From a virus: a DNA stretch of 64,000 nucleotides. Below the pieces are notes generated by a model that saw nothing but the letters and a program-made list of their open reading frames with translations, had not been told where the DNA came from and did no database searches. Below, one piece after another: positions 47,892 through 58,849 of the stretch. Numbering within the stretch: the first letter of the stretch is position 1; each line of letters starts with the position of its first letter. The stretch lies in the UHGV virus genome UHGV-1882326. One strand, written 5' to 3'. The translations under genes were made by a program, and so were the position numbers.

Positions 47892-48623
47892 TTAGTTCAC
47901 AATTCTAAACCATAAATCACCAGTTTCTTGTTGACTTGGCGTTCCCCCTTGTACTGGAATTTCTCTAGGTCTAACAGAACCAATATTAACCCAGTATTGC
48001 GAACCCTCAAAAGGTGCTTGGTTATTATTAGCTTCAATACAAGCCCACACATAGTTACCGTATGTTACTACGTTCTGTGTGGTGTAATGTACTGTACTAT
48101 CCCATTCTCCTAAGAAAGACAATCCCTCACCAGAATCACCTTTTTCACCACGAATAGAAAGCACTCGCCAATAAGTTGTATTTGTGGGATCTGTTCCCAA
48201 AGGTGGATTAGTAACAGCAATATACACATAATTTACACCGTTATAGGTGTATGTTACAAAGTTATTCTTAGAATAGGTTATAGTAGGGTTATATATTCCC
48301 TTATAGCCAAATAAATTGATGATATTCTGCCATTCAATTTGCTTGCCCTCTACATAAGGTTGCACATCAGTTTTATAAAAATTTTCCAACGCTTCACAAG
48401 TATTGATAATCGTATTTAATTTTTGAGCATTGATAATCTTTTGATTACCGTTTGGAATTTGTGCAAATATATTTTGTGCGGTTTCATAATCATTAGACTG
48501 AATAGCTGTCTGATATTGCTGAATTAATTGTGCGTCAGAAGCCGTAATATCCAAAAAAGTTGTAAATGTTTGTACTTGATTAGGAAAAGTCGTACTCGGA
48601 AATTGAGGGTAACGTTCACTCAT
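47892..48623 (-). CDS. tail protein with two CBM5/12-like motifs
   Basis: NNFVTYTYNGVNYVYIAVTNPPLGTDPTNTTYWRV and TQNVVTYGNYVWACIEANNNQAPFEGSQYWVNIG. Confidence 0.4.
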   Translation of the reverse strand: MSERYPQFPSTTFPNQVQTFTTFLDITASDAQLIQQYQTAIQSNDYETAQNIFAQIPNGNQKIINAQKLNTIINTCEALENFYKTDVQPYVEGKQIEWQNIINLFGYKGIYNPTITYSKNNFVTYTYNGVNYVYIAVTNPPLGTDPTNTTYWRVLSIRGEKGDSGEGLSFLGEWDSTVHYTTQNVVTYGNYVWACIEANNNQAPFEGSQYWVNIGSVRPREIPVQGGTPSQQETGDLWFRIVN

Positions 48624-49129
48624 AAATCACACTTCCTTTCTATGTAATCTAAATATTATTATATATTATTCTTTATTTTATTACAACAAAAAAGAGTGAA
48701 TCTATTAAGAAACACTCTTTCTTGCTACCAAAAACGTATTACAGGGGGTTTAATGAAAATAAGAAAAATATGCTTAGTTCTTTTTTCCAAGCATTACGTC
48801 ACCATTCACCTTTTATCTCTCGCACATAAAAGGGTTCAGCTTTTTGTGACTAACTACCTATCTAACCATAGGTTAGTTTGAATTGTCACCATCACAGGCT
48901 TTTTTTCAACTTTAGCTGAATTAATTTCATTATCACTATGGCAAGTAAATGATAATGAAAATCCAGTTAAGAAAAGGAACGTTGTGGATTTTTCGCACAT
49001 GGATACGAACAACAATGTATACAATTTATAAGGAGAACATATATCTTTTATTTCCTTTCCTTAACTTAATTATATCTTACCATACTTTACGCCTTGTGTC
49101 AATAGTTATTTTGAAATATTTCCACTTAT

Positions 49130-50542
49130 TTAGAAACTTTCGTATTCTGGATAATAAGCAATCATACTTATATTCATTGAACCACTTTCTTGCATATCAG
49201 CACTAAAACTTTTTACAAGATACTGTTTTGGAACTGTAGAATCTTTAGGTGTGTATGAAACAACTATATTTACGTCAAGCCACCATATAGGGACACATGT
49301 CAAACTTACACTGTCATTCATTCTGGTTCGTAAATATAATTCATATTTAGCACGTTGTCTTGCTAAATCATTAGTATATATATTATCATATTCACCCCCA
49401 GACAAAGGAATTGCTATCTCACCTATTGTACCCCCTACATAATAAGGGCTTTGTGGATTATCGTCTTTAGCTTCACCGTATATCTGTTGATAGCCTAGGT
49501 ATATAAACTTACCATTCTGGTATCTGGCAACGTAATACTGGTTGTTACGGTCTAGTACCGCCGCTGTTCCGTCCTCATTAACCAAAGGTAATGCGCTGTT
49601 ATCATTCACTTTAATATAAGGACTTGCAACTGCTGTAGTAGCCGTCCAACCTACTGTGAAACTTGTATCTGCATAAAAAGTTGTTGGATAATCTGCAATA
49701 GTAAGAGTATAAGTATTTCCACTCTGAGTTATATTACTTGGATAATATGTTGGGTCGATTGATTTTCCAAATACTCTTACTACATTTTTAACGCTTTCAA
49801 AATCAGACGTAATACTTTCTGATGTTACAATATTATCCCATACATCGTCATCCAATAAAGACGGTTCATTATGACCACTTGGAATTTTTTGATACCTAAA
49901 TACTCCGTTCACATCAAAGAAAATTTCCATAGTTGCGTCTACATCTCTTAATTGAGAAAGTAATGAATAAACACTATCACCAACGTCTACTTGTATATCA
50001 TAAGGTAAAGCATATGGCAATTCTTCAAGGACATATTTAGTTACTCCTACTAACTTTAACACACTAATCATAGCGTTTCTTACGTTACTACCTTGTGGAA
50101 TCGTTGTTGGCATATCTGAAATATAACCATTTCTTGTACCATTCAGTCTTGCCATAAGGTCAAGTCCCTCAAATGATAATGAATTAGTAGAAGCGTCATA
50201 ATTCCATGTAGGGGTATTGATAAGATAAATACCTAAATTTACCCATTCCCAGTCTTTTGCAAGTATATCATATTCACCTATATAAATCTGAACATATCTA
50301 TCCAACCATATTCTTCCACCAGATTTTATCTCAAAATCAGCGGTATCTTTCAGTGCTAAAGTAATACTACATGAACGCCTTTGGTCATTGTTACTATCAC
50401 AATTTATATTACCACTGATAACATAACCCTGTATTTCATTTACGGTCTGATACTCATAATTGAGCAGATTTATCTTTATTTGACGTTCTCTCATTCGTTG
50501 TTTTGCGATATTGTATAAATTTTGCGTTATATTTAATGGCAT
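49130..50542 (-). CDS. tail-associated protein, Tal / prophage-tail N-terminal-domain-like (470 aa)
   Basis: Position after the Dit-like gene. N-terminal region resembles the Prophage_tail family (hub-like) in composition and size. Confidence 0.4.
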   Translation of the reverse strand: MPLNITQNLYNIAKQRMRERQIKINLLNYEYQTVNEIQGYVISGNINCDSNNDQRRSCSITLALKDTADFEIKSGGRIWLDRYVQIYIGEYDILAKDWEWVNLGIYLINTPTWNYDASTNSLSFEGLDLMARLNGTRNGYISDMPTTIPQGSNVRNAMISVLKLVGVTKYVLEELPYALPYDIQVDVGDSVYSLLSQLRDVDATMEIFFDVNGVFRYQKIPSGHNEPSLLDDDVWDNIVTSESITSDFESVKNVVRVFGKSIDPTYYPSNITQSGNTYTLTIADYPTTFYADTSFTVGWTATTAVASPYIKVNDNSALPLVNEDGTAAVLDRNNQYYVARYQNGKFIYLGYQQIYGEAKDDNPQSPYYVGGTIGEIAIPLSGGEYDNIYTNDLARQRAKYELYLRTRMNDSVSLTCVPIWWLDVNIVVSYTPKDSTVPKQYLVKSFSADMQESGSMNISMIAYYPEYESF

Positions 50543-50555
50543 AATTTATCCTCCC

Positions 50556-51488
50556 TTACGTTCCAGTAGTAGAAACTCCACTTACTACTGGTTCTACTAA
50601 TCCAAATTCCATAAGGTCTTTTTCGTTATTTGCGTCACCAACCTCAACGTAATCAAAGGAAATATCTACCTTTCCCATACCCCAGTTGTTGTCATATGTA
50701 ATGTTTGGTTCTGAACTTGGATAAACCAAATGTATCGAGTTATTCCAATCCTTTATGATTTTTGCTTTATTATTTGTGATATAATTCAATATTTCTTCTG
50801 TTAATTTATTGATTTCGTATCTATTCATTATCCTATTCTTTTCATAATCCAAAGGTAGGACAGTAAAACTGATACTATTGCTGTAATAATTCGTCTTAGC
50901 ATTAGCAACAATTACTGGATATTTACTACCATAAGGCTCAAATACACCTATCTTCTTAACACGTTTACCAGTACCATATGCTACCCCAGCGTAGAATTTA
51001 TATATACTATCCTTTTCACAAATGAATACGCCCTTGAATTGAGAAGTGATACTATTGGTAATATAATCGCCCTCAGCACCGTTCAATATAGGAACTAAAG
51101 CATATTCATAATCTGTATTATTAGCGGCTATATAATCATTAAAAGCAAAGTTTAAATCTTCAAATGCTTTTACTGTAACTGTCTTTAAAGTAACCCAGTT
51201 AAATGTACCTTTAATTCTACGTTTTACTTTAATAGCGGTCAAATATTGCAGTAAGAAATCTACATTACCGCCATTGATATTACCGTCAAAATTAGCAACA
51301 ATAATATCAAGATAAGCCCATTCAGTATTTTTAATAGGTGAATAATCACTAGTTACATTACTAGTTAAATGAAAATGGTCAAAGATACCGTTCTGAACTT
51401 GAACTGTTGTTACATTATTTACACTGGTAGGTGCAATATCTAGGCTGTTACCGTCTTGTACGAAATTGTACCCTAAGAAAGAAAACAT
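50556..51488 (-). CDS. distal tail protein (Dit / Sipho_tail)-like
   Basis: Size (310 aa) and position between TMP-proximal genes and Tal; beta-rich. Confidence 0.35.
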   Translation of the reverse strand: MFSFLGYNFVQDGNSLDIAPTSVNNVTTVQVQNGIFDHFHLTSNVTSDYSPIKNTEWAYLDIIVANFDGNINGGNVDFLLQYLTAIKVKRRIKGTFNWVTLKTVTVKAFEDLNFAFNDYIAANNTDYEYALVPILNGAEGDYITNSITSQFKGVFICEKDSIYKFYAGVAYGTGKRVKKIGVFEPYGSKYPVIVANAKTNYYSNSISFTVLPLDYEKNRIMNRYEINKLTEEILNYITNNKAKIIKDWNNSIHLVYPSSEPNITYDNNWGMGKVDISFDYVEVGDANNEKDLMEFGLVEPVVSGVSTTGT

Positions 51489-51524
51489 ATTATCCTCTCA
51501 CCTACTTTCTATTTGTTGTTATTA

Positions 51525-52649
51525 TTAATTTGTTGCAGTAGGAATTACGCTACCTAAATTTATCAAAGAAATATTATAAACATTTCCTATTCTTCTCACC
51601 CATAAAGTAAGATAATCTGTATTTTGTGGTAATGGAATATATTGAGAATATCTATAATAAACATCTTCTGCAATACCACTGTCCACAGTCATATCTACAT
51701 AGGCTTTAAGTTCTGTTTCGTTTCTATAATATCCGTTCCTATAAGTAAACGTAATCTTTTGACCTTGTGAATTAGTAAAAAATGAGATTGGTGTGTCTAC
51801 GTTCATATCTCTAAACCACCATTGAGCCGTAAAATCTCCGTTTAATTGGAAACCACTTGTCCACTTTGTCCAGTAACCGTCTGGTCTTAAATCAATTTCT
51901 TTACCGTCTACATTAGTAATATATATTGGTTCTTCTGGATTGCTTGAACCCTCAATAATACTAACAATACTTTCACCAGTGATATAACCATTAGTGCAAT
52001 CATTAGTCAAACCAAGAATACCAAACACAGTTGGACTGGAATATGTAACAGTGATTAATATTTCACCAGTTGTTACATAAGTTCCATAAATAGTATAACC
52101 CTTGATTTCAATGTAATAAGTTGCTTTATCATCTAATCCAGTCAATAAATAAGTTTGAGTTACTGGTGGTTTAATACTCTGACCACCATAAATCTCACCA
52201 CTGTTATTAATTTCAACATGGTTAGAATTATATAGAATCACATTATAATAGTTTAATAATTCACCCTCAATCTGATTATATGTAAACTCAAATAAAAAAC
52301 TTGAAGAATTGATAATATTATTTGCGGGTAAATTGGTAAACTCTATTGTAGGTTGAGTATAGCACCAAAACTGTATAGGGTCACTTGGACTACTTACTTC
52401 GCCTTGTGCGTCATAAGTAGTTACATAAGCGTTATAATATGTACCATTAGTTAATGTATTAGGTGGAACAGTATGCTCAAACTTAAATGAGTCCACAGAC
52501 TGTTGGTATACAACTTGGTTTGTGGTGTTGTTACGAATTGTTAATTGGTTCTTTACAACTTGATTACCACCAGTTGAATAGAATGTAAATGTTGACTTTT
52601 GAGAAGCGTCAAATGCATTTATTGAATATAATATCGGTTTAGTTACCAT
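51525..52649 (-). CDS. tail/baseplate structural protein (374 aa), beta-rich Thr/Asn-rich
   Basis: Position in tail module; no enzymatic motif. Confidence 0.3.
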   Translation of the reverse strand: MVTKPILYSINAFDASQKSTFTFYSTGGNQVVKNQLTIRNNTTNQVVYQQSVDSFKFEHTVPPNTLTNGTYYNAYVTTYDAQGEVSSPSDPIQFWCYTQPTIEFTNLPANNIINSSSFLFEFTYNQIEGELLNYYNVILYNSNHVEINNSGEIYGGQSIKPPVTQTYLLTGLDDKATYYIEIKGYTIYGTYVTTGEILITVTYSSPTVFGILGLTNDCTNGYITGESIVSIIEGSSNPEEPIYITNVDGKEIDLRPDGYWTKWTSGFQLNGDFTAQWWFRDMNVDTPISFFTNSQGQKITFTYRNGYYRNETELKAYVDMTVDSGIAEDVYYRYSQYIPLPQNTDYLTLWVRRIGNVYNISLINLGSVIPTATN

Positions 52650-52669
52650 AAAATTTAATCACCTACTTT

Positions 52670-53524
52670 TTAAGATGTTCTTTGCCAAATATAACAACAA
52701 AGATATGGCTGTACAGTTGAAATAGTTTGTGTTGTTAATGTTACATCTCCGTGTGTATGTCCTTGTCCTCCACCTGCACCTAATGTAGTTGTAATAGTAC
52801 CTTTGCTCCAATCATTAAACCAACCACCGTTATTATGAATTTGAAAACCATTATTAGCCGAAATTGGAGAAAACTCATTAGGTGCCGCAGAGCCATATTT
52901 TACTGCTATAATACTTGTATTGCCATCCATACCATGTTGATGGTCTGGAATTTCATTTATTGTTAATACATGATTTTGCGTTGTGTGTGCGTGAGTATAA
53001 TCATTACTATACACACCGCCCAGTTTTCCTGCTTGATTAAAGCTATCTTGATTAGTGTCAACGCCTACTAAAGTTCTTCCTTGTCCTATTAACAACCAAC
53101 TTCCACCAAAAAAAGTTGAAGGATTAGTAGCAACCAAAGAAAGATAAATTGAACCAACAGGGTAAACATCTAAAGCACTAATACCACCAGATTTGCTACT
53201 TCCACCACCGCTTATATACATATTACTTGCTTGATTTTGTGGGTATGTGACTTTTACAATATCATTTATCTTAAAGTTTGCGACAGAGTAACTAGGAACT
53301 CTGCTATATTCTTTATTATCTATAACAACATTATATGTACCATCAGAATTTAAACTTTTAATCAAACCAGTTTTAGTAATATCTCTAGGTGCTTTATTAA
53401 CTTCCTGTTTTGCAATAATTCTCATAGCTTCAAGTATTTCTTTATTTATATCCCATGTTTTAGCATCAAGGCTACTATTCCCTCGCTTAACATCGGTTCC
53501 TTTATTGTTGTATAAATTTTGCAT
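52670..53524 (-). CDS. phage tail-collar domain protein (short tail-fibre-like)
   Basis: PVGSIYLSLVATNPSTFFGGSWLLIGQGRTLVG...IPDHQHGM...GHTHGD: Collar domain (T4 gp12 C-terminal type) with metal-binding HxH motifs. Confidence 0.55.
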   Translation of the reverse strand: MQNLYNNKGTDVKRGNSSLDAKTWDINKEILEAMRIIAKQEVNKAPRDITKTGLIKSLNSDGTYNVVIDNKEYSRVPSYSVANFKINDIVKVTYPQNQASNMYISGGGSSKSGGISALDVYPVGSIYLSLVATNPSTFFGGSWLLIGQGRTLVGVDTNQDSFNQAGKLGGVYSNDYTHAHTTQNHVLTINEIPDHQHGMDGNTSIIAVKYGSAAPNEFSPISANNGFQIHNNGGWFNDWSKGTITTTLGAGGGQGHTHGDVTLTTQTISTVQPYLCCYIWQRTS

Positions 53525-53581
53525 AATTCAATTCACTTCCTTTACCAAAACAAACAAAATCTTTATAGTAAAAGGAGAGAA

Positions 53582-56500
53582 TTAATCTCTCCTTCCACCC
53601 ATCTGTAATGCTCTGTTTTTTAAATTCTTTAATTCGTCAATAAATGATTGTGCGTTGGTAACATTTGGTAATGTAAGATTTTCAAAAGCGTAGTTATAAA
53701 TAGGTGCAGACTGTCCACCCATTTTTCCTACAATACTGTTTAACCATTGTGTAGGTGAGAATTTACCAAGTTGCATAAGATTCTCAGTCAAATGATTAGG
53801 AATAATACCGTCACCCTCATTAGACCTTGAACCAAGAACTCTTAATTCTCGACCTTTTTCACCAACCATAGATAAACCATAACCTTTTGTTGTACCGTTT
53901 GCATAAGCCCCCGGGCCATGTGAAGTATCATCTTCATACCAGTTATCACCACCAGACCCATGAGAATAACTAGGTTCTTTATCAGAATAATATTCATCTG
54001 GGTCAAGTTCGTCACCAAAATCTTCATCGTCATCATCATCGTAACTTTTATATCTTGTCTTAAGTGTACTCATTATTTCATTGTATCTATCTACATAATC
54101 TTGAAGATTGCCAAGACGTTTCTCCCAGTTTTCACCCTCTAAACTGATACCTAATACTTGTTCAGCAAGAAGTTTATTCTGTTCAGTTGTATAATTATCT
54201 GTAACATTTCCCCATTCATCTTTATACTTTTGCCAATACTTTATCTGTTCTTCAACTGAATTAATTGTAGCGTCACGAATATCTTCTAATCGTTTTATCT
54301 CTTTCTTGGTGTCTTGCTCTTTCTTATATTGTGTAAGAGCAGTTTTAGCTTCGTCTACAGCAGATTGGTCTGTTTCGTAAACAAAACCTTGTCCCTCTCT
54401 ATATATTCTTACTTTCTTTTGTTGTGCTTTTGCTAAAGCATCTAACTTTTCTTGTAGTTCAATTTCGTCATTTGTTGCATCGTTCTTTTCGTTTATTTTG
54501 TCAATCTCAGCATCGTACTGGTCTTGAATAGCTTGTTTTCTTTCGTTAAGTGCATCAATTTCTTTTTGCGCTAATGAAGCAACATAACTAAACGCTGTTT
54601 CCAGATTAGATTGTTGTTCCTCATACCAAGCCTTTTCTTCCTCCCACTCTTCTTTACGTGCTTTCTTACGCTTTTCTGCTTCTTGCTCTGCTTTTCTTGT
54701 ATTTTCTTCTTCAAGTTTATTACGTCCAGAATAAATCTCTTCTTCAATTTTCCAACGTTGCTCTGCGTATTTTTCTTCATTACTATAGAACTCTTTCATT
54801 AATTCTTCAAGTTCGTCATAGTATTCCTGTTCAGAAATCATATCCATAGCAAGTTGATGTTTTAAGAGGTTATAACGCTCAGTATAAGCCGCATCATGGG
54901 CTTTTGTCATACCGTCTAAGGCTTTCTCATGATACTTGTTATATTCATCCTCATACCCCTCTTTATCTTTGTAGTATTTATTTGTAAGTTCTTCAAGCTG
55001 TTCATAATACCATTTATCTGTAGCGGCATTATCTTTCATTGAAGCCTTTTGTTTATCTAAAGCAGCAAGTTCTTTTTCAAATGCTTCTTTATATGCTTTA
55101 GCGTCTGCTTTTGCTTGCTTTTCTTCATCTGAGGTTGAGGACTTTTTGGAACCACCACCTTTACCGCCTTTACTACCAGAAGTAGAAGGTTTAAATTGTA
55201 ATCCTTTTCTCAATTCCTCTAAAAGTTTTTGATTTTGTTGATTACGGTAAGCTTGAACTTGTGCGTCAAATCCTTCTGAGTAAGATTGAACACCAACACC
55301 GCTACTGCCTGTTCTAGCTTTTGGTGCGGCACCAGATACAGCATCTAAACTAGAAGCAAATTGTAAAATTCCTTGCGCTCCTTGTGCAAATTGGTTACCT
55401 GTTGTTATAGCTGTATTACCAATCGTTGTTAAATAAGGATTTGCTTGTGAACTTGCTGTTCCCACTTGTTGAATAGAAGTTCCTAAATTATCAGAACCTT
55501 GTTTCCCTGTTTCTGCGTTTGTGCCAACTTTTTGCTCACTTTCACTAAAAGTATCTAATCCTTGTGAACTAGAAATAGCAGAAATCCCTCTTTCAGTAAA
55601 GCTTTGCGCCATTGACATTAAAGAAGCATCATTAACAACTAATTGACCATTTACCATTTGTAAAGAATTAAGATATTCTGGGTTTAAAGATAATAAATCA
55701 GCCATTGTATCTATTGTAACACTACCTGTTTTATTATATTCGTCTGCTACTTCATGTAAGGTATTATAAGCGTCTTGAACGCCTTTTAATTCTGATGTAA
55801 GACTTTTAATAGCTTTTTCAAATTCTTCTGTTTGGGAAGCGGCTTCACCTGCATCTTCACCATATTGATTTACACCATCGGCGGCTTCTTTTGCTTTATC
55901 ACCATTATCTTGTAATTCAATTCCTAATGCTTTTGCAAAATCTGGGAATTGCGTAGCAACAACTTCGTCTAACGCTTCTTTAAACAACGGAATCTGTGAA
56001 TTATTTTCAAGCAACGCATTGTATACACTTTCAAAAGAACTAAGGCTATCATATTGAGTGTTTATAAAAGATTGTGTCTTTTTATCAACATCAACTGTTG
56101 CGTCAGCGGCTTCTCTTGTAAGTGTAGCAGTTTTATTATATTTATCCTCTAATTCAACAAGAGTATTACTTAAGAACGCTAAAGTTTGCTGATGCAATTT
56201 TGTTTGATTATCTTCTTGTTGCATTGCGGTAATAGTAGTGTTTAAATCCGCTATTAATTCTTTATAACCACCTGCCGCTTCATAAACACCTTCGCCCAAA
56301 CTCTTTGTATATTTATTATAAAACGCCTTAAAAGATTCACTGGATTCAGTATCATAAGTAAATTTTAAAGGAATGTAAAATGAAGTTCTATTTAACATAT
56401 CCTGTGTTGCTTTTTGTGCTTTCTGAATTTCAGCTTGATTTCTGTTCAAAAAATCTTGTGATTTTTCAGCATTTTCTTTACTAAGTAAATCTAAACCTTC

Positions 56501-58243
56501 TGCTCTTGTTCCGTTCAAATTTGATAGTGCTTCTTCTTCAATACCGTAAGCCTTAGCAAGTTTAGAAATTGTAGATTTTAACTTTTGTTTATTTTCATCT
56601 TCATCACCTGTAGCTTCTTTAGCATTAATATATTCAAGTCTTAAATTATAAAGATTTTTTCTTTCATCTTCAAAACTACTACCTGCTTGTTCTGCGGCTC
56701 TTCTTGCGTTTTCTTGTTGAGTATTATAATAACTATAAGCGGCTACAAGTCCAGTAACAACAAGTGATACTGCACCTAAACTTGCAGTTAATAAACTACC
56801 TGCACCTGCCATAGCCGTAAATCCTTGTGCTAAAGAACCTGTAGCGGCATAAGCATAATCAAATTTAGCAATCATATCTAAAACATTTGTAGATATTTTC
56901 GCTATCATTTCTGGTATTTTATGTCCGTTAAGAGTAATAAAAGCACCTGTAATAGCAGTAAGTACAGTGGGCATACCACCTAAATCATTAATAAGTTTTA
57001 ATACTTGTGTACCAAATTCTACAAGGCGTTTTACACTATCTGAGGAAATACCCTCTGTCCAAAACTTTTCTAATTCAGATGTGAACTGAGATACTTTACC
57101 TTGTATACTATCCAAATAACGTGCATTTTCTTTAAGTGCTGAACCTTGGGAATCTAAAGCTAATTTATAAGCTTCTGTAGCAGAATTAAGGTTTGTCATA
57201 ACCGCACTAAATACGGAAAATTGGTTCTTACCTGCAAGTGCCAAACCCAATGATTGTTTTTCAGCTTGTGACATTTCATCCCAACTAGATTTTAAATCTT
57301 GAAAGACTTGATAAGTGCTTTTCATTTCTCCTGTAGATTGGTCAAATAAATCTATAGATTTTGTAACACCTTGTACTTTAAAACTTAATTCTCCTGCTTC
57401 ATTAGCCGCTTTTGCTATATTATTTCCCACCGTGGTCAATCCTCTTGCCACTTGCACACTTCTTCCAGTAAGAATCTCCGTACCTGATGTAATTAATGCT
57501 ATAGATTCTTCAAAGTCATTGCCTAATACAGAAAGACCTGCACCTGCAACAGTAAGACCTTTTGCTAAATCATTAGTTCCGACAGCCATGTTATTAGCAA
57601 CCTCGTTGGTGGCATCTATAATATGCTGTGCATCTTGTGATGTCATATTAAACGCTTTCATTTGAGAGTTTACAAAACTTGCACTATCTCCTGCGGAAAT
57701 TGCAGTATCTGCAATATTTTGAAACATAGTTGCTACTTTTCCTAATTGTAAACTTTCTTGGTCTGAATAACCCATTTTCTTGAACTGGGTTCCTGCTTCT
57801 ATAAATTCAGTAGCACTTTTTCCTACTTCAAGACCCATTTCTCTTGCTGTACTTACAAAACTTTTCATTCCCTCGTCTGTTAAATCAGACACTTTCTTAT
57901 ATTCAGTAACAGCGGCATCTAATTCTCTAACAGCATCTACACCGTCCATTAACGATTGTCTTAACTCATTAATAACAAGTGTTACGCCACCAAACTTAGA
58001 TACTTTAGTAAATATATCACCAATACTTTGAAAAGTTTTTTCTGCGCTCGTACTGGTATCATCAAATCCCACTTTTAATCCTTTAAGCCCACTTAACGCA
58101 TCACTAAGTTTGCTTGTATCAACATCAATGCCAACTTTCATAGTTGCGTATTTTTGACTTATCTTATCTAATTGTGCTTGAATATTTTTTGCATCTAATA
58201 CTGCATTTACAAGTATTTGAAAATTACTACTATTCAATGCCAT
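53582..58243 (-). CDS. tail tape measure protein (1553 aa)
   Basis: Very long alpha-helical / coiled-coil protein with internal hydrophobic TM cluster (GAFITLNG...LVVTGLVAAYSYY). TP901-like N-terminal core region. Glu/Lys-rich repeats. Confidence 0.85.
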   Translation of the reverse strand: MALNSSNFQILVNAVLDAKNIQAQLDKISQKYATMKVGIDVDTSKLSDALSGLKGLKVGFDDTSTSAEKTFQSIGDIFTKVSKFGGVTLVINELRQSLMDGVDAVRELDAAVTEYKKVSDLTDEGMKSFVSTAREMGLEVGKSATEFIEAGTQFKKMGYSDQESLQLGKVATMFQNIADTAISAGDSASFVNSQMKAFNMTSQDAQHIIDATNEVANNMAVGTNDLAKGLTVAGAGLSVLGNDFEESIALITSGTEILTGRSVQVARGLTTVGNNIAKAANEAGELSFKVQGVTKSIDLFDQSTGEMKSTYQVFQDLKSSWDEMSQAEKQSLGLALAGKNQFSVFSAVMTNLNSATEAYKLALDSQGSALKENARYLDSIQGKVSQFTSELEKFWTEGISSDSVKRLVEFGTQVLKLINDLGGMPTVLTAITGAFITLNGHKIPEMIAKISTNVLDMIAKFDYAYAATGSLAQGFTAMAGAGSLLTASLGAVSLVVTGLVAAYSYYNTQQENARRAAEQAGSSFEDERKNLYNLRLEYINAKEATGDEDENKQKLKSTISKLAKAYGIEEEALSNLNGTRAEGLDLLSKENAEKSQDFLNRNQAEIQKAQKATQDMLNRTSFYIPLKFTYDTESSESFKAFYNKYTKSLGEGVYEAAGGYKELIADLNTTITAMQQEDNQTKLHQQTLAFLSNTLVELEDKYNKTATLTREAADATVDVDKKTQSFINTQYDSLSSFESVYNALLENNSQIPLFKEALDEVVATQFPDFAKALGIELQDNGDKAKEAADGVNQYGEDAGEAASQTEEFEKAIKSLTSELKGVQDAYNTLHEVADEYNKTGSVTIDTMADLLSLNPEYLNSLQMVNGQLVVNDASLMSMAQSFTERGISAISSSQGLDTFSESEQKVGTNAETGKQGSDNLGTSIQQVGTASSQANPYLTTIGNTAITTGNQFAQGAQGILQFASSLDAVSGAAPKARTGSSGVGVQSYSEGFDAQVQAYRNQQNQKLLEELRKGLQFKPSTSGSKGGKGGGSKKSSTSDEEKQAKADAKAYKEAFEKELAALDKQKASMKDNAATDKWYYEQLEELTNKYYKDKEGYEDEYNKYHEKALDGMTKAHDAAYTERYNLLKHQLAMDMISEQEYYDELEELMKEFYSNEEKYAEQRWKIEEEIYSGRNKLEEENTRKAEQEAEKRKKARKEEWEEEKAWYEEQQSNLETAFSYVASLAQKEIDALNERKQAIQDQYDAEIDKINEKNDATNDEIELQEKLDALAKAQQKKVRIYREGQGFVYETDQSAVDEAKTALTQYKKEQDTKKEIKRLEDIRDATINSVEEQIKYWQKYKDEWGNVTDNYTTEQNKLLAEQVLGISLEGENWEKRLGNLQDYVDRYNEIMSTLKTRYKSYDDDDDEDFGDELDPDEYYSDKEPSYSHGSGGDNWYEDDTSHGPGAYANGTTKGYGLSMVGEKGRELRVLGSRSNEGDGIIPNHLTENLMQLGKFSPTQWLNSIVGKMGGQSAPIYNYAFENLTLPNVTNAQSFIDELKNLKNRALQMGGRRD

Positions 58244-58829
58244 TGTTTATGTACCTACCTTTCTTAGCATTTATATTTGGCTTCTTACCAAATCCCTTAC
58301 TTATTTCAGTAGGTTTAATCTGTGACCATGCTATTCCAATAGCATCTCCAATATCGTCATCATTTTTCACGCTTTTAGGTTTATCTAAATCATAAAACAA
58401 TTCCAACCCAAAAATATGATTGACTTTTTCTATAGTTTTCCATTTCATTACTGGACGTTTAGTTCCATTTCTAGTACCATCATAAACGCCCAAATCACTA
58501 CGCCATTTACTAGGCATAAGAAATTCTATTTTTACATTATGTACCGCACAAACACCTAATACAATTCCTTGTAACACTGATAATTGTTTTACTGTTTGTA
58601 CATTATTACCACATTCACCGCTTAAAATTGTATCTTCACAATAAATAAAAAACGGGGAATAAGTGTCCAATAGCGTGGATAACTCATTCCCCATATATAT
58701 ACAACGTTCTCTCCAAGCTATCTCTTGCTTCTGTTTCCAAACGCCAAATTTTATCAATTTACCATTTTTAAAAACTGAATATCCAGAACTTTTCGTTGAC
58801 ATATCCAGTCCAATTACAACATTTTCCAT
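58230..58829 (-). CDS. ruvC: RuvC-like Holliday-junction resolvase (phage type)
   Basis: VIGLDMSTKSSGYSVF (motif I Asp). FIYCEDTI (Glu). LQGIVLGVCAVHNVKIEFLMPSKWR. DDIGDAIGIAW (C-terminal Asp and DA..A). Overlaps the TMP start by 14 nt. Confidence 0.7.
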   Translation of the reverse strand: MENVVIGLDMSTKSSGYSVFKNGKLIKFGVWKQKQEIAWRERCIYMGNELSTLLDTYSPFFIYCEDTILSGECGNNVQTVKQLSVLQGIVLGVCAVHNVKIEFLMPSKWRSDLGVYDGTRNGTKRPVMKWKTIEKVNHIFGLELFYDLDKPKSVKNDDDIGDAIGIAWSQIKPTEISKGFGKKPNINAKKGRYINNGIE

Positions 58830-58849
58830 ATAATCCCCTTTTCCAAATT

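Noticed and set aside
48696-49442. Plus-strand ORFs 48696..48881, 48949..49206 and 49251..49442 in the tail intergenic gap
   Set aside because: No RBS. They overlap the 3' end of the Tal-like gene. Products are low-complexity and hydrophobic. Likely spurious.
53842-54849. Small ORFs inside or antisense to the tape-measure gene (53842..54039, 53960..54142, 54571..54780, 54611..54802, 54658..54849, 57315..57665, 57780..58031)
   Set aside because: They are embedded in or antisense to a long, well-supported CDS. Low-complexity translation products typical of antisense reading of Lys/Glu-rich repeats.
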